A stretch of DNA of 64,000 nt from Candidatus Poribacteria bacterium (GTDB taxonomy: Bacteria; Poribacteria; WGA-4E; PCPOR2b), in contig OZ220744.1 of assembly GCA_965116925.1 (NCBI GenBank), positions 6,336,001 through 6,400,000 of the forward strand, in the 5' to 3' direction. The translations under genes were made by a program, and so were the position numbers. The notes under the pieces were generated by a model. It saw only the letters and a list, made by a program, of their open reading frames with translations, was not told the origin of the DNA and made no database searches. Of this stretch, positions 49,022-59,444 are shown in pieces; the stretch's first letter is position 1, and every line of letters starts with the position of its first letter.

Positions 49022-49984
49022 TTACCTATTAGATAGGGCAAGTTCTTCTTTTAACTGCAAGAGTTGTGCTTCTGGAAGATTGGTGATTTCAGAAATGAGC
49101 GTCATTTCCATTCCTTTGGCAAGCATTGCCTTTGCAGTTTCAATCTTCTCTTCAATTCTGCCTTCCTGCTTGCCCTTCTGTTCACCCTCAAGCAGCCCTT
49201 CCTGCTTACCCTCACGCAAACCGTTTTGAAAAAAACGCTGCCTCTCCTTCTCTAATGCTGTGACTAACATCGTCTTCACCTCCTCTTCAGTCCGATAAAT
49301 GGACTCCAATGACTCATAATCGTCAGATTCAATTCGTCCGTGAAAAGCTAACTGCCTAAACCAGTTTAAGAACAGACTCACCGCCTGTCTATCCGCCTCC
49401 GCCGAAAACACATTCAGCAGCTCCGCCTCTAGCACATCTAAGTTGTAATGGGATTCTGCCAGAAACAACGTTGATACGATGTTTCGGATTTTTAACAACG
49501 CCTCCTGACTGTATTGGTTTTCAGCAATCAGGAAATACTGAAAATCTAACGCGAACCTACCGAGTGGTGGTGTCCGCTCAATTAACGCCGAAAGATTGAC
49601 CGGTGCCGTCCAACGTGCCTCTCCATTGTACAGCACAATTGGAAAGACCGCCGGCAGTTTGTTGACACCGCTGTTATTGACGAGAAAATCCATGTAAAAG
49701 TTGGTGATATAGTTCAGCACCCGCAACGCCATGAACGGGTCAACGGTAGATTGAAACTCGATGAGAATATAAATATAGACCTCGCGGTCCTGAAACTGGA
49801 TTTTGTAGATTAAATCACTCTCGGTTTCTTTGTAGTGTTCGGAGATAAAGGATTTATCCAAAGGTTCACAGGTGTCGAAATCGAGCGAATGGACCCATTC
49901 TTGGTTGACGAAGGTTTCAAGGAGTTGTCGAAAGATGGTCCGATTTGAGAATAGTTTCTTATAGCCGCTGTCGTGAATATTCAT
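49022..49984 (-). CDS. Rpn family recombination-promoting nuclease (YhgA-like)
   Basis: HD.GYK.LFS, ESDLIY, LIEFQS, PIVLYNG..W and EG-x-x-EG repeats; internal SD + ATG at 49270. Confidence 0.92.
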   Translation of the reverse strand: MNIHDSGYKKLFSNRTIFRQLLETFVNQEWVHSLDFDTCEPLDKSFISEHYKETESDLIYKIQFQDREVYIYILIEFQSTVDPFMALRVLNYITNFYMDFLVNNSGVNKLPAVFPIVLYNGEARWTAPVNLSALIERTPPLGRFALDFQYFLIAENQYSQEALLKIRNIVSTLFLAESHYNLDVLEAELLNVFSAEADRQAVSLFLNWFRQLAFHGRIESDDYESLESIYRTEEEVKTMLVTALEKERQRFFQNGLREGKQEGLLEGEQKGKQEGRIEEKIETAKAMLAKGMEMTLISEITNLPEAQLLQLKEELALSNR

Positions 49985-49987
49985 CAC

Positions 49988-50095
49988 TATAGTAGATTTG
50001 AGAATTAATTAGACATTGTGAACGAGCCCCGATAGACCGGGATTCACCGAATTAGGGCACACGGTGTGTGCCTACTACTAGCAACTTGAGTTAAG
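49988..50095. mobile_element. MITE family A left end plus REP-like cargo (truncated)
   Basis: TATAGTAGATTTGAGAATTAATTAGACA. Shares CCCCGATAG..CGG.ATTCA and TGCCTACTACTAGCAAC with 29047-29100. Confidence 0.6.
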
Positions 50096-50189
50096 ATACA
50101 GTAATTATACATTCTCCTGCCTTCACGAGTCAACCGAGAGAAGAAATAGATCGCTCAATATCGGGACACCCCTCTAAGTGGAAGGGCTA

Positions 50190-51932
50190 TCACACGATTA
50201 CTTCCTCCAGCCCTGTTTTGAGGAGTTGTGAAAATCGTGAATTTGGGTCTCCGACAAGGCGTTCCCGCTCTCCATGCTCTTGGATTTCGCCATCTTCCAA
50301 GATCATTATTTCATTGACCCGTTCAACAGTACCGAGACGATGGGCAATGATAATGCCTGTTCGGTTACGGAGCAGCTTTTGAACCGCACGATCAATCTGT
50401 TGTTCGGTTGCCGGATCCAGTCGGGACGAAGGTTCGTCAAGGATAATGATTCCCGGATCTTTGAGAAATACCCGCGCAAATGCGAGCAATTGCGCCTCTC
50501 CAGCGGAAAGCTCTCCAGAAGCGATTACAGTATCAAGCCCGTTTGACAGCGACGCATACCATTCTGACAACCCCAGTTCTTCAATGACACTCAAAATCTG
50601 TGAGTCAGTGATTTCAGCGTTGAAAAGTGTGATGTTGTCCCGGACAGATGAATAAAAAAGGTGAACATCTTGCGTGACCAACCCCACATTTTGACGTAGG
50701 TTATCTTGCTGCACCTTCATTATCGGCATACCGCCCAGACGGATTTCGCCTATATTTGGCTCGTAGAACCGAAACAGTAAGCGAGTCATAGTTGTTTTGC
50801 CGCTACCCGTCCGCCCCAACAGACCGAGGACTTTGCCCGGTGCTAGGCTAAAGGAGATCTTTTTTAGAACGGGCTCGCCTTCAGTGTAGTTGAATGTTAC
50901 CCCATCAAATTCGATTGAGATTGCACCTGAGGCGGGCAGTGTTTCCGTTCCGTCTTGAATGTGAGCGGTTGTACGCTGCAAGGTCTCGATTCGTTTTAAG
51001 CCCGCTGTCGCCTTCTGAAGATCGTTAAGTTGGCGACCGATTTGGTCAAGCGGATGCCGGAACATAGCGGTATAATAGATGGCCATCATGACTGTGCCGA
51101 TCGTAAACGTTCCTTCCTGAAAGAGATAGATACACATACTCATCGAAATCGCAAGTCCTAGGGCAAACATAATCGTCGTGGTTGCCCGCACAATCTCGCC
51201 CATAATCTGGGACCTCAGTACCCGTCTGTAAGCATCACTGTTGACATCGTAGAACCGATCCATCGTATAGGCGCTTCCACCGTTTGTCCGAATGTCTTCA
51301 ATCCCAACCAGCCGCTCTTCTATAAAGCCGTACAGTTTGGAATAACCCTCTCGCTCGGCGGTGTACGCTGGAATGGCGACGCTTCGTATGAGGTTGCAGA
51401 TGACAAACGCAATAATTACAAACGCTGTTAGTGCAATACCCAGCCGCAGATCCTCTCGGGAGAGTACGATGAGGACGCCAATTAGGAGAAAAGTGTTGCC
51501 GATAACCTGCAACACAAATTCCGAGAAGAAGTTTGAGAGTGCTGTTGTATCACCGTCCACGCGTTCAACCATCTCTCCGGGGGTATATTGGTGATGAAAC
51601 GACATGTCGAGATTCAGACAGTGAAACGCTAAATTCTCTCGCATCCGATTGGTTACTCGCCAACCTACATCCTGCCCCATATAGGAACTAATCAGCATGA
51701 TAATTTGCCCAAAGATGCCAACTGCAAGGAATAACCCACCGGCGACAAACAGATTTCGGAGCGCGCCCCCGGCTTTTGCCATATCAATGAAGTCGCGAAG
51801 AATCCACGGACCGTACAACCTTAAACCAATCCCACCAAAAATGAAAACAGCAAGTAGGATCACCCGAAACCACAGGGGTTTAAGATAGTACGCAAGGAGT
51901 GAGATGTATTGTCTAAGTGGTACTCTTTGCAA
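50190..51932 (-). CDS. ABC exporter (TMD + NBD)
   Basis: GRTGSGKT, LSAGEAQ, LDEPSS and IAHRL motifs. Confidence 0.93.
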   Translation of the reverse strand: MQRVPLRQYISLLAYYLKPLWFRVILLAVFIFGGIGLRLYGPWILRDFIDMAKAGGALRNLFVAGGLFLAVGIFGQIIMLISSYMGQDVGWRVTNRMRENLAFHCLNLDMSFHHQYTPGEMVERVDGDTTALSNFFSEFVLQVIGNTFLLIGVLIVLSREDLRLGIALTAFVIIAFVICNLIRSVAIPAYTAEREGYSKLYGFIEERLVGIEDIRTNGGSAYTMDRFYDVNSDAYRRVLRSQIMGEIVRATTTIMFALGLAISMSMCIYLFQEGTFTIGTVMMAIYYTAMFRHPLDQIGRQLNDLQKATAGLKRIETLQRTTAHIQDGTETLPASGAISIEFDGVTFNYTEGEPVLKKISFSLAPGKVLGLLGRTGSGKTTMTRLLFRFYEPNIGEIRLGGMPIMKVQQDNLRQNVGLVTQDVHLFYSSVRDNITLFNAEITDSQILSVIEELGLSEWYASLSNGLDTVIASGELSAGEAQLLAFARVFLKDPGIIILDEPSSRLDPATEQQIDRAVQKLLRNRTGIIIAHRLGTVERVNEIMILEDGEIQEHGERERLVGDPNSRFSQLLKTGLEEVIV

Positions 51933-51972
51933 GCGGATTTTGTCCTTTCATCAAAGCGAGTAATCCTAGAAG

Positions 51973-52036
51973 CGGGGTCATTTAGTGGAACATCGGGATT
52001 CGGAGATCCCTCCTACATGAGAACTATATGCCCCTA
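51973..52036. mobile_element. Short MITE family C copy
   Basis: CGGGGTCATTTAGT ... ACTATATGCCCCTA ends; flanks TCCTAGAAG / TCCTAGAGA; cargo GGGATTCGGAGATCCCTCCTAC. Confidence 0.65.
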
Positions 52037-52038
52037 TC

Positions 52039-53457
52039 CTAGAGAATATCCGCTTTAATCATGTTCGTCGTTCCCGGCACATCCGCCGGTATCCCCGCGA
52101 TGATAACCACCTGATCCCCCATCTGGGCAAGCCCTGATTTCAATACGGCTTGCTTTGCACTTGCAATCATCGTGTCTGTGTCAGGCGCGAATTCAATTGA
52201 GACCGGGAATGCCCCCCAAAAGAGCCCTACACGCCGGAGCGTAGTTTCATAAGGACTGACAACTGCAATCGGTGCAGGTGGACGATATTTAGCCACTAGT
52301 CTCGCGGTTTGACCTGACCGTGTGCAGCAAATAATTACTTTTGCGCCAATTTCTATAGAGGTGTGACAAGCAGCGTGTGCAATTGCATCCGGCACGTTCT
52401 CTTCAAGGGTGATGGGTTGGCGTTTGAAGTATTCTACGTAGTCGATGGTAGTTTCAGTTGTCGTGGCAACTTGAGCCATTGTTCGGACTGCGTCAGAGGG
52501 GTATTTGCCGATAGCCGTCTCTCCGGAAAGCATTAAGGCGTCCGTGCCATCGAGAATCGCGTTAGCGATGTCTGTGACCTCTGCTCGTGTGGGACGTGGG
52601 TTGACAATCATTGATTCAAGCATCTGGGTTGCGGTGATGACTGGCTTACCCACAAGGTTTGCCCACTTGATAATCTCCTTTTGGATGAGCGGCACTTCAG
52701 GAAGGGGGACCTCTAACCCCAAATCCCCTCTAGCGACCATCACACCGTCTGCTTCAGTGAATATTTTATCTAAGTGATCCAATGCCTCACGTTTTTCTAG
52801 TTTGGCGATAATCGGTATATCGGAATCGTGTTGTTGAAGGATTGATCTAAGGTTCTGAAGGTCCGCGGCACTTCTGATAAAGGATTGGGCGACCCAATCA
52901 ACGCCGTGATCAATTCCAAAGCGCAGATCCTCGACATCTTTTGGGGTTGGAATGGGAGTTTGTAGTGAGATATCGGGAACACTGATCCCCTTGTTTGAAC
53001 GGAGCAGCCCACCGGCGATGACTTCGCAGATGATATCTGTGCTTGTAGTCGAAATCACGCACAACTCAATCTCTCCATCCGCCAATAAAATGCGATTTCC
53101 CGGTTTAATGTCGGCAACCAATTCGGGATAGCTGATTGATACGGTGTTGAGATTGCCGACGATTTCCTGTGTTGTGAGAGTGAACTTTGCATTCGGGGAT
53201 AACTCAATTGGCTCGTCCGAGAATTTGCCGATTCGCATCTTTGGTCCCGAGAGATCTTGCAAAATTGGTATTCTCACGCCGAGCTGCTTGGATGCTGTTT
53301 TCAGATGGGCGATGGTTTGTGCATGATCGGCGTGTGAGCCGTGGGAGAATGAAATTCTTGCGACATTCATCCCTGACTCAATCAGTGAACGTAACATTTC
53401 TGGTGAGCTGCTAGCGGGACCGATCGTACAAACAATATTTGTGCGTTTCCGTTGCAT
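52039..53457 (-). CDS. pyk: Pyruvate kinase
   Basis: IVCTIGPAS, DLSGPK, MVARGDLG, ATQMLESM..PTRAE and MLSGETA motifs. Confidence 0.97.
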   Translation of the reverse strand: MQRKRTNIVCTIGPASSSPEMLRSLIESGMNVARISFSHGSHADHAQTIAHLKTASKQLGVRIPILQDLSGPKMRIGKFSDEPIELSPNAKFTLTTQEIVGNLNTVSISYPELVADIKPGNRILLADGEIELCVISTTSTDIICEVIAGGLLRSNKGISVPDISLQTPIPTPKDVEDLRFGIDHGVDWVAQSFIRSAADLQNLRSILQQHDSDIPIIAKLEKREALDHLDKIFTEADGVMVARGDLGLEVPLPEVPLIQKEIIKWANLVGKPVITATQMLESMIVNPRPTRAEVTDIANAILDGTDALMLSGETAIGKYPSDAVRTMAQVATTTETTIDYVEYFKRQPITLEENVPDAIAHAACHTSIEIGAKVIICCTRSGQTARLVAKYRPPAPIAVVSPYETTLRRVGLFWGAFPVSIEFAPDTDTMIASAKQAVLKSGLAQMGDQVVIIAGIPADVPGTTNMIKADIL

Positions 53458-53696
53458 ATTATATTTTTTATGTTGGCTGCTATATGTTCCGAAAAATGTA
53501 CGGTTATGGACATTCTATCAGGATTAATTACCCCGATCAAGCGAAAAAGCGGTAAAAAATTGGCACTTGATTTCAAAGATAAACTTTGCTACACTCTTTG
53601 AACGTTTCTATACTTGATAATTAGCATAAATTCTTTGGAAAATCGATCCTAGTATCTTCGCACTGATATCTCCAATAACTGATCTACAAACCATCA

Positions 53697-55469
53697 ATGA
53701 TCTTTACTATCAACAAAATCCATCACAAGATCTTCCTCACTTATAGTTCTGTATTCCTTATCATAATCGTAGGAATCTTCGTGGTCGCACGTGTTGCTAT
53801 CGTGCGGACTTTAGATAGTCAGATTCAAGAGGAGGTTCAAGAGTTCAGAACACGGCTTACCCACACGATAGATCTGCTTCGCCAAGATATTGAGGAAAAA
53901 GTTCAGCGCGAAATCAAGGACTGGCGTGTCGTTCAGGCGATCCGAAACCGTGAGCCGTATCCCCCTAGCATCACCGACAGTGTAATGGATATCTTGGAAT
54001 ATGGAACCGACGAGGGTATTGTTACTGCAAGTAAAGTGGGCAATGATGCTAACTTGCGCCATGGAGAAAAAGATCTGGAAGCGTTAGCTCTGGCCCGAAA
54101 ACCGAAGCCAGAACCAGCATCGCGGCTCCGAACACCTGAAGCACGGACGACAATCGAGATTACATTGCCAATTCAAGCGGAGGGTAATTTTTTGGGATTT
54201 GTCACCGGCGGCTATTTTTTACATAAACATCTCAGCCAAGTCCTAAAGGATCTGACACTCCATCCGATCTTTCTCAAGGAAGGTACTCGCCTCGTACCGC
54301 TGAACGCCCCCGGCGAGACGATCCCAAAGTACCAACGAGAATCGCTCCTAGCGCATGCAGATGACGCATATCAGACGTTTCCAAAGATTGAGCTAATAGG
54401 TGTGCCGCACAGCGTCAGTCGTATCCTAATTTTAGCCTCAAATATTGAGATGCAGACTGAAGCGCAGCAGAAACCCCAAGTCGTTGGGCCAGAGTTGGTT
54501 CTTGCATACTCCCATCGGGATCAGATTGCACTACAACAGCAGCTTATGTCTATCCTACTTATCATCGGTGGGGTTGGACTGATTTTAGTATACATTGTCA
54601 GTTATATCGTTGGACTTCAAATGACAAAACCGATCAATCAGTTAGCGGCGGGAGCGGCTGAAATTGCGTCAGGCAATCTTGAACAGCGGGTCGCCCTCCA
54701 AAGTCGAGATGAAATCGGTAGATTGGCGAGTGCTTTCAACCAGATGGCGGCAACGCTGAAGACGAGTCTAGAGAGACAGCTCGCTGCCGAGCGACATGCA
54801 GCGTGGGGAGACGCTGCCCGTTGGGTTGTCCACGAGGTTAAGAACCCGCTATTTCCCATTCGGCTTTCGATCGAAAACCTGCAGCGAGCCTATCAAAGTG
54901 GGGACACCCGACCAGCGATGTTTGATGAAATTTTTGTACAATGCACCGACATAGTTATTGAGGAGGTGGAACGACTACAGCGACTGGTAGATGAGTTCGA
55001 TCAGTTTGCACGAATGCCCCCTCCTAAACGGGAGCTATCTGATTTCAATCAAATCGTGCAGAACGTGGTGAGCCTGTACGCGGAATCCGTCGAGAACATT
55101 CAGATTCAGGCGAATCTTTCCTCTGATCTCCTTCCTCTCTCTCTTGATTCGGAGCAGATCACACAGGCGTTAGGAAATCTGATTAAGAATGCGATCGAAG
55201 CCATGCCTAACGGCGGAACACTGAACGTCTCGGCTCAATCGGTAAGTGAGACGAAAATTCAGATCCAGATTCGAGACACCGGCATCGGTATGTCACCAGA
55301 GACGCTAGCACAGATTTTTGAACCCTATTATACAACAAAAGATACGGGGACAGGACTGGGCATGGCGATTGTTCAGCGTATCATCACCGATCACGATGGA
55401 GAAATATTCGTCGAAAGCGAAGAAGGGGTTGGCACAACCGTTTCGATTGAATTGTTTCGTGAAACGTGA
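53697..55469 (+). CDS. HAMP-domain sensor histidine kinase (NtrY-like)
   Basis: Two TM segments, HAMP, HEVKNPL.PI, NLIKNA, DTGIG and GTGLG motifs. Confidence 0.92.
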   Translation: MIFTINKIHHKIFLTYSSVFLIIIVGIFVVARVAIVRTLDSQIQEEVQEFRTRLTHTIDLLRQDIEEKVQREIKDWRVVQAIRNREPYPPSITDSVMDILEYGTDEGIVTASKVGNDANLRHGEKDLEALALARKPKPEPASRLRTPEARTTIEITLPIQAEGNFLGFVTGGYFLHKHLSQVLKDLTLHPIFLKEGTRLVPLNAPGETIPKYQRESLLAHADDAYQTFPKIELIGVPHSVSRILILASNIEMQTEAQQKPQVVGPELVLAYSHRDQIALQQQLMSILLIIGGVGLILVYIVSYIVGLQMTKPINQLAAGAAEIASGNLEQRVALQSRDEIGRLASAFNQMAATLKTSLERQLAAERHAAWGDAARWVVHEVKNPLFPIRLSIENLQRAYQSGDTRPAMFDEIFVQCTDIVIEEVERLQRLVDEFDQFARMPPPKRELSDFNQIVQNVVSLYAESVENIQIQANLSSDLLPLSLDSEQITQALGNLIKNAIEAMPNGGTLNVSAQSVSETKIQIQIRDTGIGMSPETLAQIFEPYYTTKDTGTGLGMAIVQRIITDHDGEIFVESEEGVGTTVSIELFRET

Positions 55470-55555
55470 TGCGTAAAACGTGATGCGTAAAAAATTGGTT
55501 CATTGGTGTCTAATCTACAGAGTTCATATCAGAAGGATGTGCAATACGCTCGGTT

Positions 55556-56227
55556 TTATTCCTGACGTTTTAAGGTTTGGATTCCTGAAGCAGTGCCGAT
55601 AATGACTTGGTCAGTTCGGTTAATGAAAAGTCCGTTATCAACAACGCCGGGGATATTATTGATGATGCGCTCAGTGGTAACTGGATCAAGAATACCATCA
55701 AAAGTGCAGTCCAAGATATAATTGCCGTTGTCACTAACAAAATTAGGACGCAGGGTCGAGTCTCGGCAGATCCGGTTGAGCGCGAGTTGGGTTGAACCCC
55801 AGCCAAATGGGACAACCTCCACCGGTACAGGGAAGTTGGATCCTAATTGTTCTACTTGCTTTCCTTCGTCAACGATGATGATCAGTCGTCTGGAGGCGTG
55901 GGCAATGATTTTCTCTCGGACTAGCGCGCCCCCCGCTCCTTTGATGAGATCGAGGGTGGGGTTGACTTCATCCGCACCGTCAATGGTTAAATCGATCACA
56001 GGGTATTCCCCAAGGGTTGAGAGCGATATACCTTGTTGAGTCGCGATTTCTTCTGTCTGTTTGGAGGTTGGAATACCAATAATATCAAGACCGCTCCGAA
56101 CTTTTTCGCCAAGTTTTAGCAGCGCGTAGTAGATTGTTGAGCCTGTGCCGAGCCCGACGATCATGCCGGACTCCACTTCTTCGACAGCCTGTTCTGCCGC
56201 GAGTTGTTTCAGTTTTTCTGTTTCCAT
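55556..56227 (-). CDS. rpiA: Ribose-5-phosphate isomerase A
   Basis: GLGTGST, DGADEV, KGAGGAL.REK and SDNGN motifs. Confidence 0.97.
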   Translation of the reverse strand: METEKLKQLAAEQAVEEVESGMIVGLGTGSTIYYALLKLGEKVRSGLDIIGIPTSKQTEEIATQQGISLSTLGEYPVIDLTIDGADEVNPTLDLIKGAGGALVREKIIAHASRRLIIIVDEGKQVEQLGSNFPVPVEVVPFGWGSTQLALNRICRDSTLRPNFVSDNGNYILDCTFDGILDPVTTERIINNIPGVVDNGLFINRTDQVIIGTASGIQTLKRQE

Positions 56228-56312
56228 ATTTTCTCCTGATAGGGATTCGTTTTGATAAATCGGGATTGATATTCATTCGCCTTGAATTGTTTCCGGGCAC
56301 CGTTTCTAATTT

Positions 56313-56404
56313 GGCTCATATCAAAAGAAGATGCAAAGCACGAAGAGAAACCGAATTTTCAAGAAAAAACTCGGTTTCAGATGCACGATTTTTTAACATG
56401 AGCG
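56313..56404. mobile_element. MITE family B copy (reverse orientation) with 8-bp target duplication TCTAATTT
   Basis: TCTAATTT at 56305-56312 and 56405-56412. Confidence 0.85.
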
Positions 56405-56500
56405 TCTAATTTTAACACTTCACGGGAGGGTTTTCTACCCAAATTGTTGTGTCTCACGTATGACACAATACACATTACAACCCTGCAAGGATAACCGCAA

Positions 56501-58234
56501 ATGAATCTATACCTCCGCCTATTAAGTTACGTTAAGCCGTACTGGAAAAGCACGGTGGTTACGCTAATAGCAATGTTGGTTGTATCCGTCGGCAATCTGG
56601 TTCCAACATGGATTGCAGGGCGGATTGTTATTGATGGGGTGATTGTACAGCGGGATGTCAGCCGTTTGCACTGGATCGCGCTCCTGCTGCTTGGCGTTTA
56701 TCTCGTAAAGAGCATCGCGGTAATGTTGGCAGAATGGTTGTCCCACGAAATCGCTGAAAAGATTATTTACGATATGCGGACGCAGATCTATAGCCATTTG
56801 CAGAAACTTTCGTTTCGCTTTCACAAGGACAGCACTACCGGCGATATGATGTCGCGTGTAGTGAATGACATCGACGCGATGCGGGATATGCTTGCTCACA
56901 CCATACACATATTCATTGTGCAAGCGTTGACCTTTATCGGGATTGCTATCATATTGTGTGCCACGAACTTGAAAATGGCGATCCTGACCCTTGTCCCGAT
57001 CCTGATTCTGGGACCGTTGATTGTCCACTTCGGTATAAAGCTGCGTCTCATTTCCCGCGATGTACGTGCAGAACTTGCGGAGGTCAACGCTCGTTTGCAA
57101 GATAACCTTTCGGGAATCTTCGAGATTCAAGCCTTCGCCCGTGAACCTTATGAGGAGAAGCGGTTTATCGCCCGATGTGCCGACTACCGGAACTCAATCA
57201 TCCGAGGAGTACGCCTGTGGGCGCGGCTGAATCCCGCCGTGCAGTTTTTGCTTGGCGCGAGTTACGCAGCGATTCTGTGGTACGGCGGTTGGCAGATAAT
57301 TACCGGATCGAGTGATATGACCGTTGGACAACTGTTTATTTTTCTTGGATTTTTGTGGCAGCTGTTTATGCCGATTCAGATGGCAAGCCACGAAAATGAA
57401 CGGTTGCAGAAAGCCCTCGCCGCTGGCGAACGGATGATGGAGTTGTTAGACACAGCCCCTGAAATTAAAGACCTCCCGAATGCTTGGACGGGGAAGATTA
57501 AAGGGGAACTTTTGTTTGAAGATGTTTCGTTCAGGTACACGGATGAAGATGTCTTGACAGATGTGAATCTCAAAATCCGACCGGGGGAGACAATCGCTTT
57601 CGTCGGTCCCAGTGGTGTCGGCAAAACGACGTTAGTTGGTCTTGTGCCGAGATTCTACGATGTAACCGGCGGACAGGTGAAGGTTGATGGTGTCAGTGTG
57701 CGGGATTGGCAAATTCAGGCGTTGCGGCGTCAGATTGGGCTTGTGCCACAAGAGACGTTCTTATTTAATGGAACAATTGGAGAGAATATCGCTTACGGCA
57801 AACTGAACGCAATACAGATAGAAATTGAAATGGCAGCGAAATCCGCTAATATCTATGACTTTATCGCAGGTTTACCAGATCGTTTTGATACCGTTGTTGG
57901 GGAGCGCGGTATGCGTCTCTCTGGTGGGCAAAAGCAACGGGTTTCCATTGCGCGTGCCATTTTGAAAGATCCACCCATCCTCATCCTTGATGAAGCCACC
58001 TCCTCTGTTGATACGGAATCAGAACAGCTAATCCAGCAGAGCTTGGTAAACCTACTGCATGGGCGTACCACACTGATTATTGCTCACCGACTTGCGACTA
58101 TCAGATTTGCGGATCGAATCGCCGTATTGGCGGACAATCGAATTGTCGAACTTGGGACACACGTCGAGCTGCTTTCACAGGGGGGACTATACACACGGCT
58201 TTACAATGCACAGTTTGGGGACAAGGGCTCGTAG
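56501..58234 (+). CDS. ABC exporter (TMD + NBD)
   Basis: GPSGVGKT, LSGGQKQR and LDEATSS motifs. Confidence 0.94.
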   Translation: MNLYLRLLSYVKPYWKSTVVTLIAMLVVSVGNLVPTWIAGRIVIDGVIVQRDVSRLHWIALLLLGVYLVKSIAVMLAEWLSHEIAEKIIYDMRTQIYSHLQKLSFRFHKDSTTGDMMSRVVNDIDAMRDMLAHTIHIFIVQALTFIGIAIILCATNLKMAILTLVPILILGPLIVHFGIKLRLISRDVRAELAEVNARLQDNLSGIFEIQAFAREPYEEKRFIARCADYRNSIIRGVRLWARLNPAVQFLLGASYAAILWYGGWQIITGSSDMTVGQLFIFLGFLWQLFMPIQMASHENERLQKALAAGERMMELLDTAPEIKDLPNAWTGKIKGELLFEDVSFRYTDEDVLTDVNLKIRPGETIAFVGPSGVGKTTLVGLVPRFYDVTGGQVKVDGVSVRDWQIQALRRQIGLVPQETFLFNGTIGENIAYGKLNAIQIEIEMAAKSANIYDFIAGLPDRFDTVVGERGMRLSGGQKQRVSIARAILKDPPILILDEATSSVDTESEQLIQQSLVNLLHGRTTLIIAHRLATIRFADRIAVLADNRIVELGTHVELLSQGGLYTRLYNAQFGDKGS

Positions 58235-58246
58235 CTTTGAAATCTT

Positions 58247-58412
58247 GACTCATGTAAAAAGAAGGTGCAAAGTGATAGGAACGTGAAACGTAAAAACAAA
58301 CTATTGGATCGTTAGTTCATTAGCAATAAAGAACAACAATCTTCCGGTCTACGACCGAAAGTCCGAGAGTTGGCTCCTACGGTTACTGTTGCACGATTTC
58401 TTAACATGAATC
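58247..58412. mobile_element. Degenerate MITE family B copy (reverse), different cargo, no clear target duplication
   Basis: GACTCATGTAAAAAGAAGGTGCAAAG ... TGCACGATTTCTTAACATGAATC. Confidence 0.65.
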
Positions 58413-58419
58413 ACCCAAC

Positions 58420-59148
58420 TTAGTCAGTATAGCGTTGTTTGCCGTTGAAGGAAATTCGGGGCCAGGTTGTATGGGGCCAATCCGTGAACTGATACGGGAT
58501 ATAGTGGTTTGCCATGACGTGGCGCAAAGCACCACGCTGCTTGATTGGACCTCCGCGATGAATCAAGCGACCGTGAAATAACACTGCATCGCCCTGATTG
58601 GCTATAATGGAAATCTCAGGACGGTTGTTCTCCTCAAAGATCCGTTCGGTCTTCGCGTGGCGATACTCGTAATCCATTTTCCCGTTCTCATCTAGTGTCT
58701 CCCAGTACGTTACAAGTTCCCCTTTGTGTGAGCCGGGCTGTATATAGATAGTGCCGTTTGTCTCGTTGACATCTACCAAAGGTAGCCAAGCGGACATGCA
58801 GCCGGGGAGGGGACACTGGTCCTGGTGGCGTCTCCCTTCAGAGCCTTTGTAGAAATACATGGTTTGTATGCCCTCAACATCAGCTTCAAAACAATCTTCC
58901 AGCGGCTGGCGTAGACGGGAATCGATCAGCAAGGAAAGTGCTTTCGGATCATACAGATGCTGATTGTGTGTACGACCCCAATTGTCTGGTTCGCGGGGTG
59001 TGAAACCTTCAAGCGTTTTTTGCCCTGAATGAAGTGCCATCATGTGTTCAACGAACTCCTCGCACTCCGCTTTGGAAAAGACTGATTTCAGGATGGTATA
59101 GCCATCCTGATCGTACTGTGCTTTTTGTTCTGGGGTTAGACCTTTCAT
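58420..59148 (-). CDS. PhyH-family dioxygenase
   Basis: DGY, HQD, NGT...PGSH and FHGRLIH motifs. Confidence 0.88.
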   Translation of the reverse strand: MKGLTPEQKAQYDQDGYTILKSVFSKAECEEFVEHMMALHSGQKTLEGFTPREPDNWGRTHNQHLYDPKALSLLIDSRLRQPLEDCFEADVEGIQTMYFYKGSEGRRHQDQCPLPGCMSAWLPLVDVNETNGTIYIQPGSHKGELVTYWETLDENGKMDYEYRHAKTERIFEENNRPEISIIANQGDAVLFHGRLIHRGGPIKQRGALRHVMANHYIPYQFTDWPHTTWPRISFNGKQRYTD

Positions 59149-59262
59149 TAAAAAACTCCTTTCATATTGAGTGACCTTTGGTGCTAGTTATGGACAAAGT
59201 CGTTTCCACATTGTTCAAGAGCTCATTGATTTATTTCTTCTTACGTTCTTGCCTTTGGATGC

Positions 59263-59334
59263 ACATGTCGCCCCTCTGGGGCTTGGGAGAAGGTCCCTAT
59301 CGCCCAGCTATAGACATGTCGCCCCGCTGGGGCT
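59263..59334. repeat. Direct repeat of ACATGTCGCCCC(T/G)CTGGGGCT hairpin
   Basis: Two copies about 50 bp apart in intergenic DNA. Confidence 0.7.
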
Positions 59335-59444
59335 AAATGAACCCACGAACCTTTCCCGTCCCGTTCCGAGTATCCCAAGTATTGGGATTTTCACGCATCA
59401 GGTACTCTATCCTGATTCAGACGACAATTATGAGCCCCCTTCAT

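Noticed and set aside
49022..49984. Rpn as the transposase mobilising the MITEs
   Set aside because: Despite the 'putative transposase' label, Rpn is a PD-(D/E)XK nuclease not known to create TIR/target-duplication insertions.
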